Source: Tubulanus polymorphus
Lineage: Eukaryota > Animalia > Nemertea
Direction: 5' to 3'
Assembly: GCF_964204645.1 (NCBI RefSeq)
Contig: NC_134028.1
Span: 20,392,245-20,456,244, forward strand
DNA: 64,000 nt
The translations under genes and the position numbers were made by a program. This document shows positions 16,120-29,321 of the stretch, piece by piece. Each line of letters starts with the position of its first letter. Within the stretch, counting starts at the first letter, position 1. The notes below the pieces were generated by a model, which made no database searches, was not told where the DNA came from, and was given only the letters and a program-made list of their open reading frames with translations.

Positions 16120-16734
16120 TCAATAAATTAATTATTCACGGATTGATAAACAATCGACTTATGTTCCATATCTTTCCTAACTGTCATTTATTTATGGGGC
16201 GATGGATCTGTCATCACTCGTCAGAAGGAGAATGTTGTACGATCGAAAGCACCTCCTCTCCCCGCCACATTGAGGCAACAGCTTTGCAAAAATGAACCCT
16301 TACCAGAGACGAGGCATCTTCACAAAAACAAGGGAACTTTGCTTCCCTAACCGAACAAATCTTTAGCGGCTAGAGACACATAAACATAATCTAATGTCCA
16401 GGCGGGAAAGAGAGAGACGTGACTCTCTCAGTTGCTAACAATGCAGTTTGCACAAACTTCACAATCAGACTAAGGGCGGCCTAGGTTTGATATGTGTACA
16501 GACCAGGTCCGGCGTCTAGCAGTCACTGCGTATTGTGGTATTAAAAGAAACTGATATCATTTACAATATTTTGAATCATCATTAATTAGAGTAATTAATT
16601 GTCCTGTGCTCCAGTCTCGAGACTCGGCGCAAACAAGCAATTAACAACAAAATTCTAACGGGTGCGGAGAGCATTGGATTGAGGGGGAGCCGTCTGTGGA
16701 GAAACTCTCAAACATTAGATAGACATTATCCGCG

Positions 16735-16741
16735 TATAAAT
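16735..16741 (+). promoter_or_regulatory. Candidate TATA box of the RERG-like gene
   Basis: TATAAAT 66 nt upstream of ATG 16801. Confidence 0.4.
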
Positions 16742-16800
16742 AAGGAGCGGGGTAATCGTCAGATATCATTCGTGATTCCATCTCGCTAACGACGTATACA

Positions 16801-17942
16801 ATGAAAGGCACTTTCACTCCGGTTAAACGCAATCGATCATTTACTAAATCTCGTCCATTTCGGGTGATGATTCTAGGATCAAATTCTGTAGGGAAATCAG
16901 GTATTTACATATTCATTCACGGTTCATTAACGAAGTTCAAAAGTGATAAACGAAAATGAATTTTTAAATGTCTGCGTCACTTAACACACGAAATCATCGC
17001 AAATATTCTACTCGAGAAAAGAAACAATCTACTTCGTTAGCGTAGAACTATGCACATTTAATTAGGTTGCATATTTTAATATCATTTTGTAGCTTTAGCG
17101 GTTCGGTTCGTGACTAAACGTTTTATTGGCGAATACGATTCGACTACAGGTAAAACTACAGTTCCACGTCGCAAGTCATTGTTACCGATCTGAATAGGGA
17201 ACTGTTTCTAGAGGGGTCATTCATTTATCGTTTATTGATGTATTTACAGATCACGTTTATCATTATAATTCCACTGACGATTTTGGCGAGAATATGACAT
17301 ATGAAATCAATGACGTCACGCGCCAGCAGGTTAGTACCGTAATAACTCCCGAGCATTTTCCTAGTTTGAGGTAACATCTTTAAAAATCTTGTTCAATTTC
17401 GATTTCAGTTGTCGACGGATACCGAAGTTTCATCCGAATTTAAAACTATGGTAAAACGTAGTCATGCGTTCATCGTCATGTATTCGGTCGATGACGTCAT
17501 CAGTTTCGAGGAAAGCGTGAACGCGATCGCCGCAATACGTCAGATACGTCACGGATCTAGGCGTAGTACGTCGTTATGGAACTACGGTCTGTCTCTAGTT
17601 GCGAATAAAAGCGATTTAGTAGAATATCGACAAGTGTCGGTGTCTGATGGGCGGAGAGTCGCTCAATGCGCCGGGAACACAGACTTTCACGAGATCAGTG
17701 TCAGAGAATCATCGACGGACTGCAAGAACGTTTTTCAAAGTTTATACCGGGCTTACACGGAAAACGCATCCGCTAAAACACGGTCAATGCCCAGTTTACG
17801 CAGTCCGTCTCCGAGTTTAAGCCATCACATGGATTTCTCGGACGAAATCGAAGAAAAAGTGAAATCGTTCACGAAAATAATGTCGCAGTTAATTCAGGAA
17901 AAAACACCGAAATTCGGGCGTCGCGGGAGGTATTCGTTTTAG
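16801..17942 (+). CDS. RERG/RASL11-12-like Ras-family small GTPase, 4 exons, 256 aa, no CAAX box
   Basis: Exons 16801-16900, 17093-17149, 17250-17329, 17409-17942; GT-AG, phase-consistent, 771 nt. G1 GSNSVGKS followed by ALAVRFVTKRFIGEYD (RERG-family signature), G4 VANKSDL, G5 EISVRE, and a basic non-prenylated C-terminus. Confidence 0.9.
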
Positions 17943-18280
17943 ACAATGTTCCCGGGATTCACGAAGCTAGAGAATTCACCTGTAAAATATAATTACCACC
18001 GATATGTGCTAAAAAATCATCATTTTGTATAAAAAAAAAACTCAAATTAACTAAAATGAATTCTATTTTATTTGTTGTTCTACAGTCTTTTCTATTCATA
18101 TTCAACGTGGCAAGTTTTTGTACCATTCGCCATCTATCGACTCATTCCCGAACTATCCGATATCCGGTGGAGAAGCGGGGCGGGTCACAGCCACTCGTGT
18201 CATGGAAAAATCTACCCTGAATTGGGCTCTTGAATTAAACTTGTATATTCGATGATGAAAAATTCTACTCACTCCCTGTT

Positions 18281-20085
18281 TTTCATATTGACACGATCTA
18301 TATCTGTTTATTGGAAACTATATGAGTAGCGTACTTAATGGATGGAAGGGAATGAATAATATATAGACGTTAGGGAGGGAAATATCACTTGTGATATATA
18401 ATTCATGATATTTTTTTCGGTGACGATTTCGTTTATTCCGAGTTCGATAATGTTCCATTGGAAGATGCATCAACGACATTCAGGCTGTCCCCATACTACA
18501 GCATATTATATTCAACGTTTAACGGTTTCCAGATGATTAATACAAATCAATGTTTAACGCTGTCAAAGATCCCACAAAAATCTATACAAATACGTGTCTA
18601 AATCTACATTTAATTTCTTGCGATATATCATTCGAACAGCGTTACACTTCACTAATAAGGTACAAGACGAGTTTATGAATAAATGAATTACAACTCAAAA
18701 CTCGTTCGATATACATAATACAATCCACAAACTAATTATGGCCGTGATGACCTAATCGAGAAAACGAAATAATAATATAGCGAGGTACTCTTTAAGTACC
18801 TTGTTGAAATAGTATTGTGGTATTTCATTTTTTGCGTAACAATTTTTAAAAAGAACATAGCCGCCAAAACTGTCTCGGAATGGCCTCTCAGTTGACATAT
18901 TGTATGAGGTTATATATGGTTATCATGAGTATAGTTTTGAGGGTACGGTATATTATAAAGTTACAGATGCACGGTAAGACAGACGGACAGACAGTTGGAC
19001 ATGCAGACGGACTGGATGTGTGGGTGCAACATTCTACCCAGCACAGTATGGAACCAATAAATCAATAGGGAAAAGAATGATGCAGTTGTCAAGATATGAT
19101 ACTTAGATTCGTGTATGTCATTCTCGAAGTCATGGTTTTCATCGGGGTCACATCTCTGCCGGTCTGCGATGACGATGCGGTTCGGGGATGCGGTGCGCTG
19201 CAATGCGGTGCAGTTCGGGGTACGAAGCGGCGCGGTTCAATGCCTATTGGTTTGGGATATGGTGTGTCACCGTGTGGTGCAGTGCGGTGCGGTTTGGGGT
19301 ACGGTGTGTTACGGTGTGGTGCAGTTAGGCGTACGGTGTGGTGCGGTACATTTCGGTGCGGTTCGGGGTGATGCAGTGCAGTGTGGTGCAGTGCGATGCG
19401 GTTCGGGGTACGGTGTGTTACGGTGTTGTGCAGTTCGGCGTACCGTGCGGGGCGGTACATTTCGGTGCGGTTCGGGGTGATGCAGTGCAGTGTGGTGCAG
19501 TGCGACGCGGTTCGGGGCGGCCGTGTATGACTAGTAGCTAGTCAACATCCTCCTTACAACCTAATCAAATCAAAACGGCCACTAATCAACCTTGTGCAGC
19601 GATACACGTCACGCACGTGACTTCCATATCACATATCAACACCCTCTAGCGACACCTAAAGGAGGCAAATCAGCAGCCCAAGGTGCCCGAGTCGAGCATC
19701 TGACGCCTGGCTTCCTTCAATACGCCATAGAGCAACTAAAATTGGAAACAACGTTGGGCTGAAGTTGATAAATTGAGAAATATCAAAATCTCTTGCACCT
19801 TGGTAGAATAAGCCGCATTCTGAGGGGGGGGGGGGGGAGAAAATAAGTTTAAAAGACCAGTTTAAAAGATTGAAATCGAATTCTATCAATCAAGAATTAG
19901 AATCCAAATACACCGCGTTTCGAATTTTCACTGATAATCATCGTCAGGGTATCACTAGAAATCTAGTCAGGTGTCTCACCTGACGATCGAAACGTCGCGC
20001 ATTTATTTTAGTTCTTGATAAATAAGATTCGATGTTAATCTTTTAGATCCTGTATAGTGGGTTTTAAACTTATTCACCTTCGAAT
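18281..20085 (+). repeat. ~1.8-kb composite duplicated segment, copy B of 3432-5096, with an expanded CGGTG/GCAGT array (~19165-19525)
   Basis: Collinear similarity to 3432-5096; an internal block of the pentamer array is duplicated. Confidence 0.85.
19842..20074. mobile_element. Inverted pair of Penelope-like element ends with minimal hammerhead-like cores (copy B)
   Basis: Plus arm cacCTGACGAtcGAAAcGTCgcg (CTGACGA at 19980); minus arm CTGACGA-tgattatcagtgaaaattc-GAAAcgcgg; outer arms aataagtttaaaa / ttttaaacttatt. Confidence 0.5.
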
Positions 20086-20773
20086 CTATTTCAAGAAGAA
20101 CGGCTTCTATCAGGAAATTTCACTATCAGGAAAATTTACTATAATACCCCCAATCGATGAATTCCTAAATTTAGTCCATGTTGTTCCCTCGTGACTCGCT
20201 GATTTTTAACGACAAGACACAATATTGCTATCAGTCTCTCAATGTGTTTGTCACGTGTTATATGAGTGAAAACAAGAGAAGTCCTATGCTCATGACGTCA
20301 CAGTACATCCTACATCACGCGCAGTATGCTGTGAATGGTAGCACATGTCACCACTCTCGTGACAGAGTATCCGAAAACCTCTTCTATGAGAAGAGCGAAG
20401 ATAGAGAGAAAGAGAGAGAAGAGAGAGTACAAGAGAGAAGAGCGAGGAAGCTGGGTACGTTAACTCAGAAATCGAAGATTTTCTCTCTGAGCGACGTATA
20501 TAGCGTGTCGTAGATTACCCAGGCAATTATTCCCGGAGTATGGTCGCCTGTGTACGCTGCTGTTACTACTGGATTATTGAATATTATTAGTCATTAGTGT
20601 CATCGCTAATTTAACACCGTTTTTTTTTAAAATAGAAACTAGAAATAGAATTGACGCGATAAAACCGGCAGGCACGCGCGTGGATCCAGTCAGGGTCGCG
20701 CAGGCACGAGTTTGAAATATTACGCATCTACCACCGCAAGGTAGCCGCGATCACACGAGCGTTTTTGGCCTGG

Positions 20774-20816
20774 GACTGACCTTGGAGTAATCAGTCTGAT
20801 TACTCCAAGGACTGAC
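20774..20816. mobile_element. 29-bp perfect palindromic micro-element with 7-bp direct flanking repeat
   Basis: GACTGAC-[CTTGGAGTAATCAG T CTGATTACTCCAAG]-GACTGAC. Confidence 0.7.
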
Positions 20817-23800
20817 CAAATGTCAGACCAGGCTCGTGCCAAATTTTAGCACGGGACAAACGTTTGCGTTTGAACTAACTGGTTCCAGAAATGACTCACT
20901 TTGTTTGAGCGTTGTTTAGTATCGCGTGAGTTGTTTGCATCACGTGACGCGCTCTCCAATAAGCCACGGGCCAAATTTGGCTCGTGGCTGATATTTGCCC
21001 GGATCGCCTCTCCGTTTTCTCTATGTTTTAAGGTATAACAACTTCAGCGCCTTGCGTGTACATCTGAAAACGGGCGCCGATTGGTTGAATGATTTATTTT
21101 TACTATACACGATTAGTCACACTACAGTGAACCCGGTTAACGGCTGAGTTCACTGATTGGCTATTTCACTTCTCGATTAGAACTAGAGCCATTTTATAGC
21201 TTCCTGTATACGTCAGTCAGCCTCTACCAGTCCTTACTACTGTAGTTTTATTTATTGTCTTATATTCGACGACTGTTTGACGACTTGTGTCTGACGAATT
21301 TATTAATTAAAGCAGTTGTAGTAATATATAGTCCGCGCTATACGCCACAATAACCCTCCGCTATACGACAGAATAACCTCGATAAATCTGTCAGAAACTG
21401 TCAATATAAATACACTGTGAGTTCACTGTTGAGTAGCAACGACATAAGAATTGATGAAATTAATTTGAGAGAAGCGACGTTTATGTGATCGTGTAGCAGC
21501 ACGACCCGTTACTGCAATATACGCAGCATCTTTTAAAACTCAGATTCAACATGACGAGTAAAACATGATCACGTGTCCCGGTCAAAAACATCTATCAATT
21601 CATAGAGACAGTTACTTTAATTCAACAGGGATCGTCTTCAAATTCCAATAATTCCCATGACTAAAATAGATCATGTAGAAACAATGAATGAGAATGAGAA
21701 AAAGATTTAGAGATCGTCCCCAGGGGGGTTCAGCGATGTATAAAGAACTGTCCTGAAACACCGAATAAGCTGTGGTTAGGGTCTGTATAACAAAAACTTT
21801 CACATCCATTGTCTGACAAATTCATTTGTCACAGTTCTTTCCACCGTCCATTGTTGATAGTTCCACTCTGTGCATAGTTCCACCCTGACTGACTCTGAAT
21901 TAATTGATGAACGTTATCATCGAGTTTGAACGATGAGTCAGTAAATGTTCTCGAGGCCGCGGGAAAAGTCAATGAATTTATATTAACAGTTAATCGTTAG
22001 TTTAAGGGGAAGGGGCGCGGGTTGGCAAATACCAATCGACGTGATACTAATTAGAATCAGCAATTAACTATATTTAGCTAGGCTTCGTTCGTGGCCGAGA
22101 CGTCCAGCGCTGCTTATCATTGAAAGATGAAAATATCTAGAAGGATCGTGACTTTTTACAACCTGCCTTAAACTATGTGATACGAGATAGATAGCGAGCG
22201 GCAAACCGGGCAAACGGGCAGACGGATGGGGAAGGGATCGCGGACTCTAGAGGAAGACCAGTGGCCTAACGCGTGCTGCTGCTGAGAACCGGCCTCGGAG
22301 CGGTTCGTGCAGATCTCGTGCGCAATAGCGATGCTAAAACCGGAAGCACTCGACCATGACGCAATGCACGCTGTCACATGCCACGCACATAAACAAACAG
22401 CATAATTCAAATTCATGAATACCACCGGCATCTCGCGGCAGAGGCAGAACTGGAGGATCGCGAACCAAACATTAATCGATTGAAACGTAGTTAATCGTTG
22501 ACAACGAATGAACGCGTGCATCAGGCTGTGTGGCATTCAGAGCTCGAGCCGCGTTGGGTCTGTCTCCGCGGTGTGTGTCGTGTCACTCGCGCGCTCGATT
22601 CAGTATCATCGCCGGTTCTGGAGCGTATAGTTCGCACATACCTAGACACTAATAACAATTGGATTAATTTCGCTGATTTATATCTACGAACTCGTGCTCG
22701 CGTTGCGAAGCAAATTCGATAAATTCGACATTGTTCGGAGAGAGGAATTTTAACTACGATAATTTATGGACACCTCCGGCAGCTCATCCCAGGAGGCGGG
22801 ATACTACACGAGGACATATATACTTTTTTCCAATTGCATTCTTTTCAATTTAAAAAAAACTGTTTTACGATAATTTCAAAATTTCGAGAGAGGAATTTCT
22901 TCGTGTTTAATGGTCGCAGGAGAGCTAGTGAACCGCGCGATATATATTCGAGTTTGTGGAACAAGATAAAAAGTACGACTTTGTCGATCAGAAAATCCAC
23001 GGGCAGATAATCACCATCTGTGTCGAGCGAGAGAAGAAAGAAAGAGAGAGAGAGGGAGAGAGAGACAGACAGGATACAGGAAGAGAAGGGACGCATGCTG
23101 ATGATAGGGAGATAAAGTTAACTCGGTCTGCGACACGGGGATAGTATAGAGATCGAGGCGGAGAGAGAGATAGTCAAACTCCCAATAGGATAGTGATATT
23201 CACGTTCATATTCCCCCAACCTGTCGAGTCGGATAAACTGAAGAGAACAGATAGTCTGAGTATGTGACGTTCAGATTGTCTATTCAACCGTGTCGAACTC
23301 TTCCCCACAGTCTCTCAGTTACAGTCTCGCGATGATACAGTTTTGTATTACGAACACAGTCTGCGTAGCGACCGTAATTATTAAATTTATCGGATGGTTA
23401 TGCGCGAGAAAAATAATTCATTGTGCTTCGACGCGTTTTGCTGAATGTGTTTTATAGAAAAGGCAATATATAATTACAAACAAATGAGAGAGGGAGAGAG
23501 AGGGGAGGTCCGCGACAGCTGAAAACCTACAGTTTTATTGATTCATCGCGGAATCTCTATGAGCAGAGTTTCATATACACACACGCGTCGGATGGATATA
23601 TGAATACGTGTACAAGGATAACTATAATTCAATGAAGCCACCGTCGTTTGCTTTATTATAGACACAGGTAGGTAAGGAACAGTTTAAGATTGCATTTCTG
23701 GTCAACAATTACGACAACGATGATATGGTTTCATAATTTACGAAACAGATTCACTAATCCTGTTTGCCGCTTTGACATTTTGTATCATTGCGACATTATC

Positions 23801-25854
23801 GGCCACTGATAAATTACGAAATGATTTGGGACAAATTCCTCAGGGGATAATGGCGTGTCTAGCTTTTCCATACCGATAAGTTTTAACTAGAATTCACTGA
23901 ATTCAATGCATAGCATAGTATTGAAGTTACTAAAATTGTCAAATGTTACCTTCAAAAGTACAATCCGTAAATGATCAAATCCCTGTAGTAGTTGGTAGCC
24001 TCTATTCCCTGCTGTTTGACATACATGTATACTATTGAAATTCAAATCGTCATCGGAAAATATATTCAAGTTTTCCACGGACGCTAAAGTGGTAAAACCT
24101 TGAATTCAACAAGTCTTCACACGATCTAATGATGATGAGCTTTTCACGCGGTTCGCACCATGAGTCAGAATTGTTGAATTTGTTGTTGCTCTTTAATAGG
24201 CCTACACTTTGAATCACTCGGGTACACAGGACAATGATTCTTTACCGTGTTCGGGTCGGAGAGATAAGAGTTTCGGCACCGCAAGTCTCTATTTTTACGC
24301 TTGGACGTCACACGTATCGCTCGCATGCGTCATATTGGTCGTCAAAACGGCAGCCACCCTGACTTGTTACTTAAGTTCAGCTTACGCGGGCCTACGTCCA
24401 GCGGCTTACATATGACGTTTTTATTTCAGATGGCAAAGTTGCGTGCGCAGATGCCTTAAACTAAGAACCACAAATTATCAATAATAGATGTAATATGAAT
24501 TCACTGCGAACTCTTCAGCTGTTGATCTACGTAAACATAACTTGCGTAAATAAGCGATGATTATTGAAAAATTAAAGCCTGTCGTTAAAGCGAAATAAAA
24601 CAGTATACGATAGTGGTGCAAATATGGGGACATCAGACGTAGTCGAATAGTACGGTTTCATTTATCGAGGAGTACCAGAGACTAATTCACTCGAACGTCT
24701 AATTATAGATCGGTGATGTGTTTGGATCGTTTTTTTTTATGAGGCGCCATGCAGGCTTACTTCCGGCTAGTTGGTACGGCTGTAGGCTGCACACACGCAA
24801 GACTGCGGTCCAGTTTGTTATAGTCCGTGTTGGATAAGACGTATCCAGACCCAACCTCTAGATATCGAGAGATTCATGCCTTTAATGTATGATCTAGACG
24901 AATAAACCATAAAAGTAGACTCCGTCCAATGCGGATCCGATCAACTCGGTGGATAACTCGCCAACTCGGACGATTTTTCAAAATCTTAAAATAGGGATTG
25001 TCCCTGTTATTTATTTTGGTGGTAAATTCAGTTAGATTTTTTGATGGAGTGTCCCTTACGGACCTACCACACCTGCCGGGAGCGAATTGTTATGACTATT
25101 ATGAAATATACATAACATCCAACTCGTATACTTTGTCACTCAAGTCGGACATATTTTTACTCGAACGAAGTGGCCACAAAACTGTAGATGGATTAGACAG
25201 GATTATTAGACAGAATAACCAAACCATAGACTGATAAACCATGGAAAGAGACGGATGGACAGCACAAATAGATACCGGTACCGTTGGCAGCTAAAAGGCA
25301 GATGACCATAGGCTTACATAGACATTCATTTGACCAGTACAGGCTTTGTCGATCGGGCTTGGATTGTGTTTTTTATACGGTTGCCTCGAATGACAGCCTA
25401 TGTGTGGCTTGGATCTGCAATGAATAAAGTATGGGGTAGCATCAATCAAAATAAATTGATTTGTAATGATAAAAACTTTTTTTAAAACCTGAATCATGCA
25501 TTGCATGTATTGCATGTATCAACATATTGACATTATTACTATGTTACCGCGTTTACGGCGAGGCCAAATTGGACATAGGCCATCACTCGAATCGTACCTT
25601 TCTTGATATTAGTAAGTTTATAGTCATCTTTTATACACATGCCAGCCTATATAACCTTACAAGACAAATGAGAAAAAGAGAAAGATACATTGAGAGAATA
25701 CATTATGGCGACGCATTACGCAACCGAGACGCATTATTTATTACATGTTGCTAAATGAAATCGGCATGAATCGTTAGGCCTCCGCTAGTAAATTTCCAAA
25801 TGATGTTATAATAATAAGACTTGATTGATAACATATACACGAATGGTTACTTCT

Positions 25855-26767
25855 AAAGTACGAAACGACGAAATTACGAAATATGAAACGAAACTACGAA
25901 ATGCTAAAGTACGAAACGAAATACGTAACGAAATGCTAAACTACGAAACAAAATGGCCATTCTTTCGCGTGTACTGCTAAAGTATGAAAATAGATACATT
26001 ACGAAACGAAATTGTAATTTTTTTTGCAACAGCAGCCGACTTGTGGAGCTGGCTTAAACGTACGCACCCAGTCTAGTGTAGCAGGGTTCCAGGCTGTGGC
26101 CGAGTTTAGCAATGTCATCAGGCCACCTAACTGCCATGTACATTACTTTTTTTTAGATCAGGCATACAATAACAGACCCGGCATCTATAGAAATGACCAG
26201 ATCAAAAGATTCTATTGGAATACAAAATGGCCCGGCCGCTGCGGAGATACACGGTATTCATTATTTAGCCTTTGGCTTCATCATTGGTTTCCTGGAAACC
26301 CTCACTATGAATTTACGCTGATTAGGTGACTTTCTGGTTCCTTAAAGAATCGTGTTGTTTTATCCTCGATGGAAGAAATAAAATAACGACCACACACTAC
26401 AGATTCCGATGGATGTTTATCATATCAACTTTGGGACCGTCTCGAAACGTCAGCTAAAAACCTTCCAGCGGCCATTTTAAGAACATAAAATTCTTTCAAA
26501 AGATCATTTACATGTGCCACCAAAATTTTGACAGTCCCTTGGTGTTACGACGAGTTTGGACTATAGTATTGTCGTGTTTGAAATATGACCATTCTGTTTC
26601 TAATTTTGTTTCGTACTTTAGCACTACCTGCTATCATCTTGAGATATTCAATAGCAGACGGTGTGAAAAATCTACCCTTTTTTCGTTTCGCATTTCGTAG
26701 TTTCGTAATTTCGCTTCGTATTTCGTTATTTCGTTTCATATTTTGTAATTTCGTCGTTTCGTGCTTT
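25855..26767. mobile_element. ~0.9-kb foldback-type non-autonomous DNA transposon with CGAAA-rich subterminal repeats
   Basis: Left aaagtacgaaacgacgaaattacgaaatatgaaacgaaa is the near-perfect reverse complement of right tttcgtttcatattttgtaatttcgtcgtttcgtgcttt; arrays of cgaaa / tttcg lie inside each end. Confidence 0.75.
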
Positions 26768-29192
26768 TACCCCCACACAAATGTTTTATTCTGGGTCCCA
26801 AACATTTTACAAAAACATGATACATTTCTCTGACTGCATCTTGCGATTATCAGCGACCAATTCCTGAAAAACGAACATGATGGTACAACATCCGCGATAA
26901 TTTCCGATGCAACACACCTACCCCCTTCTATTTTCGTTCCCGGGTTTCAGAGTCATAGGCCTACATGTACGTAGTTATCCAAGTATTCCAGTCTAACTAA
27001 GTCCATGCAACCGTAAACACTATCCCAGCCCATCGACAAATCCTTTTCGCGTTTAACTAGAGGTCGACTGACTGGATCTGCTTAGTACTACCACCGACTA
27101 TGTTAAGGAATATCGAACTGTACTGACTACACGACTCTGGAACGTGGAAGAACTGCATGGCTCTTTTAAACGCCAGGCTTCTTTATAAATTTAACCACAC
27201 GAGCAGTTTTTAATACTTCTCAGTACAAACGCTAACTTCGTATTTTCGACAAATCGCTCACATTTCGCAGAAAATACTAACCTGGCTCGTTTTTGAATTC
27301 AACTCCGAAGAATATTTGTTACTATACTTGCCATCCTGTAGTATCTGTCGAATACATTATTCCAAGTGTGTGATTATTGTGTGTGATTATGACGTCACAA
27401 TGTGAATACTGAAGTGAAGTCGGAATCAATAATTGTGAAGTTTTTAGCGCAGTCGTGAAGAGTGTTTGAAACGTACATAAAAAACATCCATCGAAGTGCG
27501 CTGTAAGTGCAATTTATTAATACTACCTTACTATCAAGTAGTGTTAATCACGCAAATATCATCAAAACTGAACAAATTGAACATTGTTGGACCAGTCAAT
27601 CAGTCTACCAAGGGGAGGCCTACAACCCAGGACCATACTTAGACTGCCCCATAAGTTTCCTTTACAAACTGCACCAGGTGTTGGTCCACCAGGCTTACTT
27701 TACCACCCAGACTTCACCAGGATGGTCCTTTGCATTTGCAACCACATTCTCAGCCAATTGAGGGTTGGTCACCCTCCACCAAACCACGAGTGAAAAGGTT
27801 TTTGGTCTTCGCTATCGTGGGTCGAAGGTCGGACAAGCAGCAGACTGAATCTATGGGTCATTGCTGGAAGAAGGGTCTCTCGACTTTCAAATCGTTCCAT
27901 GACTGAGTCTATACAATATTGAAACGTCAATGAACTGATGTGTTTGGGTTGACCATTGGTGTAAACTGCCAGGCCTCTGATGCTTTTAGGCTACTGGGTA
28001 ACAGTGGAGTTCTCTTATCTCATCTCAGTTCGCCTTGCTATGCACACCGCACGAGTGCGCTCTTTCCAAACTCACGAGTCGTCGTGATTTAGTGCGAATA
28101 AGTAATTTGCTTTCAATTTAGTTTTTAATCAATTTACCGAAAGTAATTTCCAACATTAACTGTAAGTCTTGTCGAGCAGCGACGATTGTTGCAGCAATCA
28201 ATAATCGGGTTATTTTGAAGTTTGCATTAGTGAGGGGTACGCGCGAGAGCCACTCTGGGTTAATTTCTTGATATGCTTCAGTCGTTTTACCTACTTTAAG
28301 TACTAATGATTTCCTTTGAAACGTTACAAATAACGTTAACGCCATAAAACAAACAGTCGAACAGCATTTACGGTAGAAAATAAATCGAACTTTTCTCATC
28401 AGCACCTTAAGCTGAATGATTTTGCTGCGCAGTACGAGGGGCGCGACTGCTGCCGTTCTGTCACATTACACGCTAGAGAAACATCAAATAAGTTTTCATT
28501 TATTGTCGGTTGTCCGTATTAGGAACGTATTAGTGTCGATAAATATTTGATAGAGAAAGTGTTTTCGCTCTTAAATACACAGCGCCTCGATGAAAAACAA
28601 TTACACCACGTACAGTACACGGTGACGCGTGTCAGATACAGTATCACTAAAACAGGTGCTCACAGATTATTCTAGGGTTGAGGGCTGGGGGTGGAGGCCT
28701 TTTCAATTTTTGGGCCGGACAATTTATAATGGACATTGGACCCTATTAGTTTGGGATCTTTTATAAAGTACCCCGGTACATACGCGCCCTTTGCATGGAT
28801 ATAGCATCAATTGGCCACCTAATTCTTAAACACTGAAATCGGCAGGACGATTAGGACCACCAGGGAGCCTTGATTTAGCTGGCTTTAGAGTCCTTGGCTG
28901 TGCAGATTGGTCCATGGATTTGCTTTGAATTTTTCCATGTGTTATAAAGTATGATTTACGTGTGAAACGAGATACGAATAGAAATTGACTAGGGAGATTT
29001 TTCGCATGCTGACTTTTATACAAAAGCCCGAATGATATCGCTTACACTTGTCTCTGCAAATGACAACAAGCCTAGCTCCCTCTCTCACTCTCCTCGGAGC
29101 TTAGTAAATAATCAGCTGACGTCGTATTACATGTACTCCAGACATCACTCTCTGTTACGGACTCACAGTGTACAAAATGCAACATGACCTAA

Positions 29193-29321
29193 AGACCATT
29201 CCATAAAAGATGGCTGCCTTCATAAATTCCCCTATGACATCATCAGCTCTTTTCTGGAAGTGATGGCTGATGATGCCATAGGGGAATTTATAGAGGCAGC
29301 CATCTTTTATGTGAAAGGTCT
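29193..29321. mobile_element. ~130-bp hairpin MITE (~55-bp stem); related arm fragments at ~58665-58808
   Basis: ataaaagatggctgcct..ataaattcccctatgacatcatcagc pairs with gctgatgatgccataggggaatttatagaggcagccatcttttat. Confidence 0.7.

Noticed and set aside
19089-19541. Cys/Gly/Arg-rich ORFs on both strands (also 4324-4548)
   Set aside because: They are translations of the CGGTG/GCAGT pentamer array, open in several frames, with no splice or signal context.
22168-22536. 122-aa minus-strand ORF with a hydrophobic stretch
   Set aside because: No recognisable domain, and the stop precedes the nearest donor; looks like UTR or regulatory sequence.
27560-28050. Compositionally distinct segment with faint integrase-like words (PPGLL, VWVDHW)
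   Set aside because: Motif spacing is wrong and there are multiple stops; a retroelement call cannot be supported without a search.
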